A stretch of DNA of 64,000 bases from a virus. Taxonomy: Duplodnaviria; Caudoviricetes. The notes beneath the pieces are model-generated. The model did not search any database. It saw only the letters and a list, made by a program, of their open reading frames with translations, and was not told the origin of the DNA. Made by a program: the position numbers and the translations under genes. Below, in pieces: positions 1 to 8,998 of the stretch (the stretch's first letter is position 1; each line of letters opens with the position of its first letter). The stretch lies in IMG/VR virus record IMGVR_UViG_3300031998_000045, positions 22,751-86,750 of that record. The stretch is one strand, 5' to 3'.

Positions 1-163
1 CTCTGCTGTAAAGCCATTCTATGCAGCTCCAGACATCTTTTGACATGTCAATGTCACATGTGCCAAGCTCTCCAGCCCAAGAGTAGTTGTCTACAAAAGC
101 TTTGACAGCATTGTATGCTTTGTCTGTGTACAAGCCTGTATGTATCAATGTGCTGCTTAGCAT
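1..163 (-). CDS. Partial member of the 'IHTGLY' paralog family (runs off left edge)
   Basis: ATG at 163 after AGGAGA RBS and promoter box 181-222; translates MLSSTLIHTGLYTDKAYNAVKAF..., same N-terminal motif as ORFs at 913-4206. Confidence 0.8.
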   Translation of the reverse strand, partial: MLSSTLIHTGLYTDKAYNAVKAFVDNYSWAGELGTCDIDMSKDVWSCIEWLYSR

Positions 164-224
164 CTTCTTTTCTCCTTTACACTATAGATCTTATCAAAAG
201 TCTACAATGTCAGCCATTTAAAGC

Positions 225-506
225 TTATAAGTCTACAGCTGAAGATGTCACTTTCTTGGCAACTTCTCTGTCCTTCGGCTCAAAGATGTCATCTAAGCCG
301 TGGATGTTGTACTTTTTCAGAGCTTCCTTGAGCTTCTCAAGAGCACGCTTCTCAATCTTGTAGATGCCCATTGCTGACATCGGCTTTGCTTCAGACTTTT
401 CATCCCAGAGAGCAAATGCCGTCTCTTCATATGTCAGTCTCTTGCCGTCTTTGTGCTTCTGCAATGCTTTCTTCTTCTTGCTTAGAAGCTCTTCTTTGTC
501 TGCCAT
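225..506 (-). CDS. Small protein resembling sigma-70 region 4 (HTH) only
   Basis: LTYEETAFAL...MSAMGIYKIEKRALEKLKEAL resembles the sigma r4 pattern TLEEIG...SRERVRQIEKRALRKL. Confidence 0.55.
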   Translation of the reverse strand: MADKEELLSKKKKALQKHKDGKRLTYEETAFALWDEKSEAKPMSAMGIYKIEKRALEKLKEALKKYNIHGLDDIFEPKDREVAKKVTSSAVDL

Positions 507-597
507 ATCTTTGTCCTTTCAGCTCAAATGCATCTAAGCTGCCTGGACAGCCCTTCTGGACTGCCCAGACAATGTATGGAATTCCTATGTGCTAGTC

Positions 598-849
598 TTA
601 GCGTCCGTGCCAGATATGTCCGTTCCAGTCATAGACATTCATCTTCTTCCAAGTGCCAGTGGTCTCATCATACCACTTCATCCAGCTCTGCTTGAAGGCA
701 ATCTTGACATGCCTAGCACCAGCAGGAATGACAATGGTCTTCCCCATAGCTCCGTCTCCATGGACAGGATACTTCAGAGGAGTATTTCCCATGTCGTACC
801 AGTTGTAGCTGCTGTTGGTGATGCTCTTGGATGCGGTCTTGGTCTTCAT
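598..849 (-). CDS. Hypothetical protein (83 aa)
   Basis: ORF with GGAGA RBS behind promoter box ~868-917. Confidence 0.7.
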   Translation of the reverse strand: MKTKTASKSITNSSYNWYDMGNTPLKYPVHGDGAMGKTIVIPAGARHVKIAFKQSWMKWYDETTGTWKKMNVYDWNGHIWHGR

Positions 850-912
850 CTTCTTTCTCCTTTGTGGTTGTCTACGTTGTAGATCATATCAAAAAGTCTG
901 TGGTCTAGCCAC

Positions 913-1692
913 TCAAGACAGCTGCATTTTTTTAGACTTTGCTTGCCGTCTGAGCTTTGAAGCTTCAGCGATCTTGTTATGCCATTCATTTTTGACATGC
1001 ACAATCTTGTCTTGCCACTTAGACTTCAGCTGTGTGAGCTCGTCAGTCATCTGGTTCTCCATGTCGAACACAATGTCTTTTAGAGACTTCTTCATGCTTT
1101 TGATCTCTTCATCAAGAGACTTGACCATCTCATACTGGATGGGATTCAGTCCGACACCTATCATCTTGTCAACGTCTTTCTTGCTCCATCTAGAGAGGTC
1201 TTTGCCAGCTAAGATGTCATGCAGCAGCACAATGTCATATACATCCACTGTCTCTATCTTGTCATCTGCATAGTATCCAGCTGAGTTGATCACTCCACGG
1301 CATATCTCAATCTTCATGCCGCGCTTTAGAGCTTTTCTGCTAGTGAAGCATTTAGAAAGCTGTGCATTGGTTCTCGTGTCCGGTCTTCTATGCTTAGCTG
1401 CATGAGCTTTGATGAACTTAGCAAAGTCTCTCAATGCAGTGCTAGAGCATGTGCTGTTGAACACAGATGATTCATCACTCCATCTGGAAAGGAAAGCATT
1501 GAAGTTGGCAATAGCAATCTCACCCGTGTCAAGCTGTCTGACAACACCATATTTGACAATTTCTTGAACATGCCTAGAGAACTTGTCTATGAAGCTGGAA
1601 CCTGATATTGCCTGTCCATCAATGTCTTTAGCATTGACAAAGATGTTCAGAAGCTTCTTTGCTTTAGTTGAGTACAAGCCTGTGCAGACCAT
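913..1692 (-). CDS. 'IHTGLY' paralog family protein, C-terminal coiled coil
   Basis: Start MVCTGLYSTKA at 1692 after AAAGGAGA; LNPIQYE motif then coiled coil; TGA stop lies inside the next promoter box. Confidence 0.85.
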   Translation of the reverse strand: MVCTGLYSTKAKKLLNIFVNAKDIDGQAISGSSFIDKFSRHVQEIVKYGVVRQLDTGEIAIANFNAFLSRWSDESSVFNSTCSSTALRDFAKFIKAHAAKHRRPDTRTNAQLSKCFTSRKALKRGMKIEICRGVINSAGYYADDKIETVDVYDIVLLHDILAGKDLSRWSKKDVDKMIGVGLNPIQYEMVKSLDEEIKSMKKSLKDIVFDMENQMTDELTQLKSKWQDKIVHVKNEWHNKIAEASKLRRQAKSKKMQLS

Positions 1693-1745
1693 GTTTTTTC
1701 TCCTTTGCATTATAGATTGTATCAAAAGCTCGGTGGTTCAGCCAC

Positions 1746-2444
1746 TCAAGCTGCGCAGAAGTTCTTCTTGGCAGACCGGATGTCTTCAATCATCTTCTCA
1801 AGCTTCTCGACTTCTGCTTCATTGTCAGCAATGATCTGCCGCTTGCGCTCTTCATGAGCCTTCTCTTCAGCTGCAAAGTCATCATCAAGCTTGCTCTTGA
1901 GACGCGCAATCTCTTCTCTCAAAGTCCGCAGAGACTCATAGCAGACTGGATCAAGCGGGATTCCCTTGACTTTTTCAACAAGCTTCTTTGAGATTCCCTT
2001 CGGCATGCTATTTCCAGCAAGAAGATTTGCAGTGCAGACAAAGTCTCTAGCTTTGATCTTGACTTCAAGCTCTTCACCAGGTTCACATCTGTCATCATCA
2101 AACACGTTCAAGACTAGCTTCTCATCTAAGCATCCGCTGAGAGGGCGCTTGAACTTTCTGCACTGTATGCTTGCGAATTGAAGCATCTTCTTGCCGAACT
2201 CTTTGAGAATCTCAGTCTGAGACATGCCGCTTTCTTCAATGGCTTCTATGAAATTGTCATTACTGATGTGTTTGAACGGAACAAAGACAACTTCGTTTGA
2301 GTCATCTTGCACAACAATGCTATAGTTGTTGATGTCATCAATTTCGTCAAGTGAGCTGTTTTCGATAACAGTATTGTCTGAGAAAGCTTTAAGGCAAGTG
2401 CATGCAATCTTTGAATAGAGTCCTGTCCGTATCTGTGGTGTCAT
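1746..2444 (-). CDS. 'IHTGLY' paralog family protein
   Basis: MTPQIRTGLYSKIA...GIPLDPVCYE + coiled coil; own promoter box. Confidence 0.85.
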   Translation of the reverse strand: MTPQIRTGLYSKIACTCLKAFSDNTVIENSSLDEIDDINNYSIVVQDDSNEVVFVPFKHISNDNFIEAIEESGMSQTEILKEFGKKMLQFASIQCRKFKRPLSGCLDEKLVLNVFDDDRCEPGEELEVKIKARDFVCTANLLAGNSMPKGISKKLVEKVKGIPLDPVCYESLRTLREEIARLKSKLDDDFAAEEKAHEERKRQIIADNEAEVEKLEKMIEDIRSAKKNFCAA

Positions 2445-2474
2445 CTTCTTTTCTCCTTTGCACTATAGATTGTA

Positions 2475-3302
2475 TCAAAAGATCTATGCTTCAGCCACTT
2501 GAAGTCTAGCAGCTTCTCTAGCAGCATTGAACCTCTTCACAAGATCTTTGTTCAGCTCTCTGCGCTTGACCACAAAAGCTTCATGGATGGCATTCTCGGC
2601 TTTGTCAATCTCTTCATCTTCTTGACGGTTGAGCTCTCTTTTTCTGTTGAGAAGATCGTCTATGGCATCTATGATCTCATCTTCAACAGCCTTCAGCACC
2701 TCATATCTGACTGGATCATTTGGTTCGCCTGTGAAGCTTTCTATGTAAGCTTCTGGAAACTTCTCAAGCTCAGCAGTCTTGTTTAGGAGCTTAGCCCAGA
2801 TGAAGTAAGCATCTTTCAAAGACACTCTGACATTCTCAAGCTTGCATTCTTCATAGTCATCGTCATCATCGTCATCATCGTCCATGTACTGCAGCGGGTC
2901 TAGATGCAAACGGACTCTGTAGTATGAGCCTTTGTCCTTGAAAGACTTTCTGCTGTCATGCCGCCATTCTTCAGGAGAGCATTTTTTCAGAATGCCTGAC
3001 TTGAATGCTCTAGCAATGCAGCATAAGATCTGCTTGTCAGACAAGCCGTGGAGCCTCTCTTCAAAGATATTTTCAAAGTAGTGTACATTAATAGCATTCT
3101 CAGAGTTGCCGATGACAACTTCGCCTGAAGGGTCTCTGTAGACTGAGGAATACACGTTGATAGCCATACGGATGTTCTCTCCATTCTTTGTCTTGGGAAA
3201 CCTGCAGCAGCAGACAGCAAGCACTTTCTTGACAAGCTCAACTGCTCTGTCTGTGTACAATCCTGTGCGGATGGCTCGGCGGGGGATGCTTTTGTAAGAC
3301 AT
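2475..3302 (-). CDS. 'IHTGLY' paralog family protein
   Basis: IRTGLYTDRA...GEPNDPVRYE + coiled coil; TAG at 2484 read through to TGA at 2475 under code 15. Confidence 0.85.
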
Positions 3303-3372
3303 AGTTTTCTCCTTTGCACTATAGACTATATCAAAAGCCAGACACTTCAGCCACTCAAGACTTCAAGTTTTT

Positions 3373-4206
3373 TCATGACAGACTTACAAGATGCTGGTAA
3401 GATAGCTTTCTGCCTCTCAACTTGCTGATCTCAGCATCTATCTCGGCAAGATGCTTAGCATATTCATTGCGGATCATGTCTATTGCGGCAGCATGCTCAT
3501 TTTCTATAGCATGCACTTTTTCATCATATTCAAGCTGAGCAGCATTGATCTTGGCAGCACGAGCATTTCTAGCCTCTTCAACTAAGGCATCAAACTTGCT
3601 CTTGAGAGCTGCTTTTTCGCGGTCTAGTGAAAGAATTGCTTCAACAGCAATGAAGTTGTTCGGCTTGCCGACTATTGAGTCCACAAGCTTGCGGTCGTAT
3701 TTTGACATGTCTGCATTCATCAAGAAGTCAGCTACGACATTTGCATCAGCAATCTTCACTTTGCATTCATGGCTAGGGTTGTCATAGACAGAGACTTCTG
3801 TTCCAACTGCATAGCTGTATGCTTTGAACTTCAGATCTGTCGTCTTCTTGCCGCACATAGCTTTTATCAATTCTCCAATAATATGGCATACGTCATTGGC
3901 ATCTATTCCCTCAATTTCTAGATCATCTATAAGATCATCATATTCAGGCTCAAACGGACCGATCAAGATCTCATTTGTGCTTTGGTCAATGCATGCACAT
4001 CCTTTGACAAGTATTGGATCAGCTTTCTTCATGACTTTTGCCGTCTTCTTGTTGAAGACTTTCTCAACATTACCACGTTCATTTTCAACCAGCTCTTCAG
4101 CATTCATGATCTTTCTAAGCACATCAAATGCTCTGCTAGAATAGAGCCCGGTATGGATGACTTGCTGGCACTTGACAATCTCTGTTGTCTTTTCTTTCAT
4201 CTTCAT
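3373..4206 (-). CDS. 'IHTGLY' paralog family protein
   Basis: VIHTGLYSSRA...GKPNNFIAVE + coiled coil; own promoter box. Confidence 0.85.
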   Translation of the reverse strand: MKMKEKTTEIVKCQQVIHTGLYSSRAFDVLRKIMNAEELVENERGNVEKVFNKKTAKVMKKADPILVKGCACIDQSTNEILIGPFEPEYDDLIDDLEIEGIDANDVCHIIGELIKAMCGKKTTDLKFKAYSYAVGTEVSVYDNPSHECKVKIADANVVADFLMNADMSKYDRKLVDSIVGKPNNFIAVEAILSLDREKAALKSKFDALVEEARNARAAKINAAQLEYDEKVHAIENEHAAAIDMIRNEYAKHLAEIDAEISKLRGRKLSYQHLVSLS

Positions 4207-4270
4207 TCTCCTTTATTGCTGCTGCACTATAGATTGTATCAAAAGCCCAGTGGTTCAGCCATTCAAGACA

Positions 4271-4301
4271 AAAGAAAAAGTCCAGCTTTGAAGCTGGACT
4301 T
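4271..4301 (-). terminator. Intrinsic terminator at the end of the RNA cluster
   Basis: AAGTCCAGC-loop-GCTGGACTT hairpin followed on the minus strand by TTTTCTTT. Confidence 0.7.
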
Positions 4302-4317
4302 AGTCTTAGTCTAAAGC

Positions 4318-4371
4318 AAGACACGTGTGTTTGGTGATTTTCAAGATCAATAAGTCTGCTGCAAGTGTCTT
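4318..4371 (-). ncRNA. Stem/CAGCA RNA copy E1 with Ser(UGA)-like anticodon loop
   Basis: AAGACAC-TTGCAGCAG...TGAT-CTTGAAA-ATCA...GTGTCTT. Confidence 0.7.
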
Positions 4372-4696
4372 AAAGGCCGAGTGTTTTTCATGTGCCGGCT
4401 CCATCACAGAGACTGTGCTTGCGGAGACACCCGACAGAAGATGAGCTCAACACTGCGCGCCAGTGGAACTCCCACACTCAAACTTCCTGCAAGATTCAAT
4501 TAAAGGAAAAACAAAAATGAAAAATGAAAGTGATGTTGCTAGCCGATGTGATGTGAATATGGTGAGCCGCATTGTGGAACCCAGCACTTTGTTGCTAGAT
4601 GAGATACGCTCATCAGCTTATCGTGCCAGCTAGATGCTTCAAGCACGGCTCTTACCTGAAGCCATTTCTCTCTGTACGCGTCTAGAGGAAATTGAC

Positions 4697-4746
4697 AAGA
4701 CTCATTTTGTTTCATTCCGTAAATGATAGTCTGCTGCATGAGTCTT
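4697..4746 (-). ncRNA. Stem/CAGCA RNA copy E2 with Arg(ACG)-like anticodon loop
   Basis: AAGACTCAT-GCAGCAG...TCAT-TTACGGA-ATGA...ATGAGTCTT. Confidence 0.7.
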
Positions 4747-5794
4747 AAAATGATGTAAATTCAAATTCTTCATAAAACTATTTATTTTTGTTCAACTATA
4801 CAAAATCATAAAAACGATTAAAATGTTTTTGAACATATATATCTTGCTTGCATGGTTTTGGAGACAACTAATCTTTAATAATATATAATGACCAGCCAGC
4901 TTTTAGTATCTCATTTCGTTTTATATTATCCCTATTCTAAATAGCTTTCAATGATGATCGTCTATCATTTGATATCTATTTATAATGCCATGGACCATTC
5001 CATTGTATAGCAATTTTTTCATCTACTATTAAAACATCCACATCCCATCCATTAAAAATAGGACTATTATGCTCAACATGTTTAAATGATGATTTGCATA
5101 AGTTATAAAATTTTATTTCACATTTTGATCGTCTTTGTTCATTCTATTTTGCAATTGATCGTCTTCCAGCCAAAGAAAGCTTCTATTTAGTTTCCTATGA
5201 CATAAATTCATTTCGATGTGTTTTTACATACTATTTGCATTCAAATGAGCAACAACTGCTTTTATCAACATCTAAAAACCATTTTTTACATTTTATACAT
5301 TGTTTAAATCTATAGACTTTATTCTAAGAACGAGCATTCATATGACTTTTTATTTTAACAACAATATATTTTTTATTAGTTGTTTGTTGTTTTTTAATTG
5401 TTTGTTGTTTTTTAAGTAACTATGGTTTATGTGAACGTCCTAATCCATTTGCGCAACTTCTTGAACAAAATCGTCTTATATATTTTTTACCTTTTAAAAC
5501 TTTTTCATATTCATAATCTGTCAAATCTAACTGATACGGCTTTTTACAAATAGGATTTTCACATATAAATGTACGTGGTTTTCGTGTTAATTCACGCTAT
5601 ATTTTTTCATGAGTAAGCTTTTCAGCATGTTTTCGATTCATTATTAAAGAACCGCGTTTCTATGCTGCAATATTTGCTTCTCTTTTAGGATTGCATTTAC
5701 ATGTTCTCATATGCGCAGTTGCAATTCCTGCCATTCGAAATGAACCATCGGTTTCAAATTCTTTTCCACAATATTTACAATGTATTATTTTCAT
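4745..5794 (-). CDS. Zn-finger + PD-(D/E)XK-type (DUF559/Vsr-like) putative homing endonuclease, 349 aa, code 15 only
   Basis: Absent from ORF track. 1050-nt frame from ATG 5794 to TAA 4745 with about 13 in-frame TAG and no TAA/TGA; N-terminal CKYCGKEF; C-terminal GWDVDVLIVDEKIAIQWNGPWHY; AT-rich; GTAAATA upstream. Confidence 0.8.
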
Positions 5795-5833
5795 ATTTTT
5801 TATTTACATTGTTAGCGGATATTTAAATCGAAT

Positions 5834-5913
5834 TGCGGACGGTCGAGTTGCACGACTAGGTTTCCCAGAAAGCGTATGAGACTTTCTACGCTGCTCCGCG
5901 TTGTTTCATCCGC
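5834..5913 (-). ncRNA. Degenerate tRNA-like RNA with CAU anticodon
   Basis: Acceptor GCGGATG/CGTCCGC, D-like ACGC-GGAGCA-GCGT, AGAAAG/CTTTCT stem around CTCATAC, GG-GAAA-CC variable arm, GTCG-TGCAACT-CGAC T arm; no encoded CCA. Confidence 0.55.
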
Positions 5914-5939
5914 CATAAAATTCTTCAAAGACCAAATGC

Positions 5940-5998
5940 AAGACGCGTGTTGGGTTTAAGATTAACTGTCTTATCCAAGCAGCTGCTGTGTGCGTCTT
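5940..5998 (-). ncRNA. Stem/CAGCA RNA copy E3 with Asn(GUU)-like anticodon loop
   Basis: AAGACGC-ACACAGCAG...TAAGA-CAGTTAA-TCTTA...GCGTCTT. Confidence 0.7.
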
Positions 5999-6069
5999 AA
6001 AGCTGGATGCTCATCGGCTTCCACCGCTTCACATATATTATTATACCGCATTTGAAATGCAATTAAACT

Positions 6070-6795
6070 TCATGACATCAAAATGTATGTGTAGTCTTTT
6101 GTCACTTCAACAATAAATACATCATCTGATTTGACAGCATCATACATCATTTTCATTCTTCGGCATAGGTCATCATACTCAGCTTTCTTTTTCTGAGTTA
6201 GATCTAGCTTAGTCTGCTCATTTTCATCCATGAAATCTTCCTCTTTGAAAAATTTGAATTTTATTCTATCTGGCTGATATGTAGAGACTATCATTCCAGC
6301 ATTGATGATGATCTTCATCCATTCATTGAAATAGTCTCCATGCACATCATATTCACCAATCATCTGACGAGTGCCAACTAATTTAACAGTGTGGTCTTTC
6401 ATTTTAGAAATTGGTCCGTATAACATGTCAAATTCATGGATCATTTCATGGCATATGACATTCACCATTGAAACCATAGAATCATATTTCACTTCTCTTA
6501 TGATCTTTATCAAAGGAACTATTTTTCCTGTAGCATTGTCAACTTTGAATCCAATTGCTCCCTTTGCAATTTCATTAGTTCTGTCAATTATGCGAATTTC
6601 AACATCAGTAATCAACTTTGACTCAAAGATGACTTCATTCACTATTTCATATATAGCTTTTAGATCAGCTTCATTTGCAGAATACTCTGATGCTTCATCA
6701 GACAGCTTAGATCCAAATCTGTCATAAAGAGCTTTTCTCAATGGAAAATCTGACAACTTTTCACTAATAGCATTCATATATAAAATATACTTCAA
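6070..6795 (-). CDS. SprT-like zinc metalloprotease
   Basis: ICHEMIH (HExxH) plus downstream HGDYF motif; true start may be the second Met. Confidence 0.7.
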   Translation of the reverse strand: MKYILYMNAISEKLSDFPLRKALYDRFGSKLSDEASEYSANEADLKAIYEIVNEVIFESKLITDVEIRIIDRTNEIAKGAIGFKVDNATGKIVPLIKIIREVKYDSMVSMVNVICHEMIHEFDMLYGPISKMKDHTVKLVGTRQMIGEYDVHGDYFNEWMKIIINAGMIVSTYQPDRIKFKFFKEEDFMDENEQTKLDLTQKKKAEYDDLCRRMKMMYDAVKSDDVFIVEVTKDYTYILMS

Positions 6796-6800
6796 ATGAA

Positions 6801-7162
6801 TGGACGTGGGGAGAGTCGAACTCCCGTCTTGCTCAGTCTTTCATGCACCTTGTTCACATGCTTATGCTCTGCTTAGTTTCTCTCTGCTGCAGCAAGAGCA
6901 ATGACTCGCAGGAGATCTTGTGGAAATGACTGACCTCAAGCGCTTCCACATCTTGAGGACGTTCCGCCAAGTGATGATGCAGCTTCCGGTACCAGCGGAC
7001 GGTCTCCCAGAGCTGCAGGTTGTCTTACAGATCGCTTAGATCAAGCAGCCATAGCGTAGTCATACTCGCCATTTAGTTGTTTGCTTGGTTTTGAAGTGGA
7101 CTAAGCTCCACTGCATGCATAGACACACAATTGATTCTGCCAATCGATACCGTGTCACGCCC
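6801..7162 (-). ncRNA. ssrA: Phage-encoded tmRNA
   Basis: 5' GGGCGTG pairs with 3' CACGTCC-A (G3.U70), T arm GGGAGTTCGACTCTCC, 362 nt, internal tag frame ...GGC GAG TAT GAC TAC GCT ATG GCT GCT TGA (GEYDYAMAA). Confidence 0.9.
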
Positions 7163-7172
7163 TTGAAGTTGA

Positions 7173-7247
7173 TGGCGTCTCCAAGTGGAGTTGAACCACT
7201 CTTGCAAGTATGAAAAACTTGAGTCCTAGCCGATAGACGATGGAGAC
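7173..7247 (-). tRNA. tRNA-Glu(UUC)
   Basis: Cloverleaf GTCTCCA/TGGAGAC, loop TTTTCAT, CCA end. Confidence 0.9.
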
Positions 7248-7261
7248 ATCTTGAAATTGTC

Positions 7262-7337
7262 TGGTCACGGTGACAAGACTTGCACTTGCATGCCACTGCT
7301 TAAAAGGCAGTTGCTAACCTATTTTAGCTACACCGTG
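7262..7337 (-). tRNA. tRNA-Lys(UUU)
   Basis: CACGGTG/CACCGTG, loop CTTTTAA, T loop TGCAAGT, CCA end. Confidence 0.9.
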
Positions 7338-7341
7338 AAAT

Positions 7342-7418
7342 TGGTACCAGTGATGGGATTCGAACCCATACTGAAGTGATTTTGAGTCACGTGCCTCCTG
7401 CCTTTGGGCTACACTGGC
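7342..7418 (-). tRNA. tRNA-Leu(CAA), short variable arm
   Basis: GCCAGTG/CACTGGT, loop CTCAAAA, TTCGAAT, CCA end. Confidence 0.85.
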
Positions 7419-7424
7419 ATTGAC

Positions 7425-7484
7425 AAGACGCGTTTAGCTTGTATTCATTATCAGTGAATTGCTTTAGATTGCTGTGTGCGTCTT
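7425..7484 (-). ncRNA. Stem/CAGCA RNA copy E4 with Ile(GAU) anticodon loop
   Basis: AAGACGC-ACACAGCAA...ATTCA-CTGATAA-TGAAT...GCGTCTT; the loop is the canonical Ile loop. Confidence 0.75.
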
Positions 7485-7494
7485 CAAGAAGAAA

Positions 7495-7569
7495 TGGAGC
7501 CCGCAGAGAATTCCGAGATCTCAACCTGCTGCTTACAAGGCAGCCGCTCTGCCGTTGAGCTATACGGGC
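7495..7569 (-). tRNA. tRNA-Thr(UGU), atypical T loop
   Basis: GCCCGTA/TGCGGGC, loop CTTGTAA, T arm GAGA-TCTCGGAAT-TCTC, CCA end. Confidence 0.8.
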
Positions 7570-7584
7570 GCTTCATTTGAAAAT

Positions 7585-7673
7585 CGGAGAGAGGAAGATT
7601 CGAACTTCCGGGCCACATAGCTGCAGCCAACTCCTTAGCAAGGAGCCTCTTTAGACCGCTCAGACATCTCTCC
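7585..7673 (-). tRNA. tRNA-Ser(GCU)
   Basis: GGAGAGA/TCTCTCC, loop TTGCTAA, long variable arm, G73. Confidence 0.9.
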
Positions 7674-7679
7674 AAGAAC

Positions 7680-7768
7680 TGGCGGATGCGAGAAGATTCG
7701 AACTTCTGTGCCCTTTCAGGCAAACGGTGTTCAAGACCGCCCCGTTATGACCTCTTCGGTACGCATCC
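7680..7768 (-). tRNA. tRNA-Ser(UGA)
   Basis: GGATGCG/CGCATCC, loop CTTGAAC, long variable arm, GCCA end. Confidence 0.9.
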
Positions 7769-7779
7769 AGTCAAAAGAC

Positions 7780-7901
7780 TTGAAGCTAGGGATCCTCAGC
7801 GTATAGGCATGCCCGACGGGGATAACCGAGCTACGGCTACAAAGATTCCCTCCATGCTGTGGAGAACCCGTGCTGCTACCATGTTCAGCTGCTAGCTTCA
7901 A
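7780..7901 (-). ncRNA. Candidate structured RNA displaying CAGCA in loops
   Basis: 10-bp closing stem TTGAAGCTAG/CTAGCTTCAA; internal GCTG-AACATGGTAG-CAGC and CTCC-ACAGCAT-GGAG hairpins. Confidence 0.5.
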
Positions 7902-7909
7902 AAATAGAC

Positions 7910-7973
7910 AAGACTCATTGTGCTTGTTCTCCGAATATGGTGGGGAATAAGCTGATGCTGCTGTTTGAGTCTT
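7910..7973 (-). ncRNA. Stem/CAGCA RNA copy E5 (anticodon-like loop ambiguous, possibly CAU)
   Basis: AAGACTCA-AACAGCAG...GCTT..TTCCCC-ACCATAT-TCGGAGAA..AAGC...TGAGTCTT. Confidence 0.65.
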
Positions 7974-7997
7974 AAAATATCAAAATGGGCAATTGAC

Positions 7998-8957
7998 TTA
8001 AATTCGTTTTTCAAAAATTTTCTCAAGCTATCTGACAACATTATTTTTAGGACGAATTCGTATTGTCATATAACCGTGCTTTAATGCAATTTCGTCTTTT
8101 TGTTTATCTCTACTATTTCCTTCAGAATGCCAGTATTCACCGTCAATTTCAATAAATAATTTCTCTGAAGGAATATAAAAATCAACAAATCGTTTCATTT
8201 CATTAAAGCAAAATTCTTTTTGATGCTCAAATATGATTTTATGCTCAGTCAACCAATCAAATGCAACCTGTTCAGGATATGTCATTTTCTTTTTATTGCC
8301 AGCAAGTTTCCTGTTTGGATGTTTTTCTGGATGATCATGATACAGCTATTTCTTCTTTTCAGATACTTCTTTACGTTTCTCTATTGTCCAATATTTTGAA
8401 CAACATCTATTGACAATAGTACCATTAGCTATTTTAGTTTTCATTGTTTTTGAAACAGAAAGAGCATTTCTCATAATACGTTCATCTGTTTCTTTCGTCA
8501 AGCCTTTGTTCCAAGAAGTTCTTTTTTGAATCGGATGAATCTAATGATTATGCTCAAACAACTAAGCTCTAGTTTCAAATATCAAGTTGCATTGTTTACA
8601 TTGCCATGTTCCTCTTGGAGCTCTAGCTTTAAGATGTTGTTCATGAATATTCATCTATTTTCTAGATCTTCTTTTTTTGCTTATCTCAGCAAAGTCATTC
8701 TACTAAGCAGAATAAGATCTTCTACATGAATCAGAGCAAAATCTTCCAGTTCCATAGCTTCCATCATGTTCTTTGTTGCATTTAGGATTTTCACATTTGA
8801 ACATTCCATTTGGAAGTCTTCTAGCTTCTTTCTTCAAAAGATCATCTTTTTGCTTTTTTGACTTATATTGCTTATAACTTTTGCAAGTTCTTTTATGACC
8901 CTAAAGAGAACGGCCATTGTCAAATTCTTTTCCACATGTACATTTATAAATTTTCAT
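7998..8957 (-). CDS. Zn-finger/NUMOD-like + DUF559-type putative homing endonuclease, 319 aa, code 15 only
   Basis: Extends track ORF 8028-8285. 960-nt frame with 8 TAG; C2H2-like WQCKQCNLIFETRA*LFEHNH*IH, WNKGLTKETD motif, FVDFYIPSEKLFIEIDGEYWH nuclease. Confidence 0.85.
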
Positions 8958-8998
8958 ATTCTTATTTACTCAAGTGCATTACCAAACTCATCTAAAAT

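Noticed and set aside
2866-2886. GATGAC-type microsatellite
   Set aside because: Simply encodes a poly-Asp run inside a paralog; no sign of phase variation.
4594-4618. CTGATGAG (hammerhead ribozyme core) on the minus strand
   Set aside because: It is one arm of a simple GATGAG/CTCATC hairpin; no GAAA partner or three-way junction found.
4539-4739. Track ORF of 66 aa
   Set aside because: Overlaps RNA element E2 and a hairpin-rich tract, and has no RBS or protein-like features.
4745-8957. Group I intron hosting the endonuclease ORFs
   Set aside because: Flanking RNAs and genes are complete on each side and I could not identify P7 or other core intron elements; treated as free-standing.
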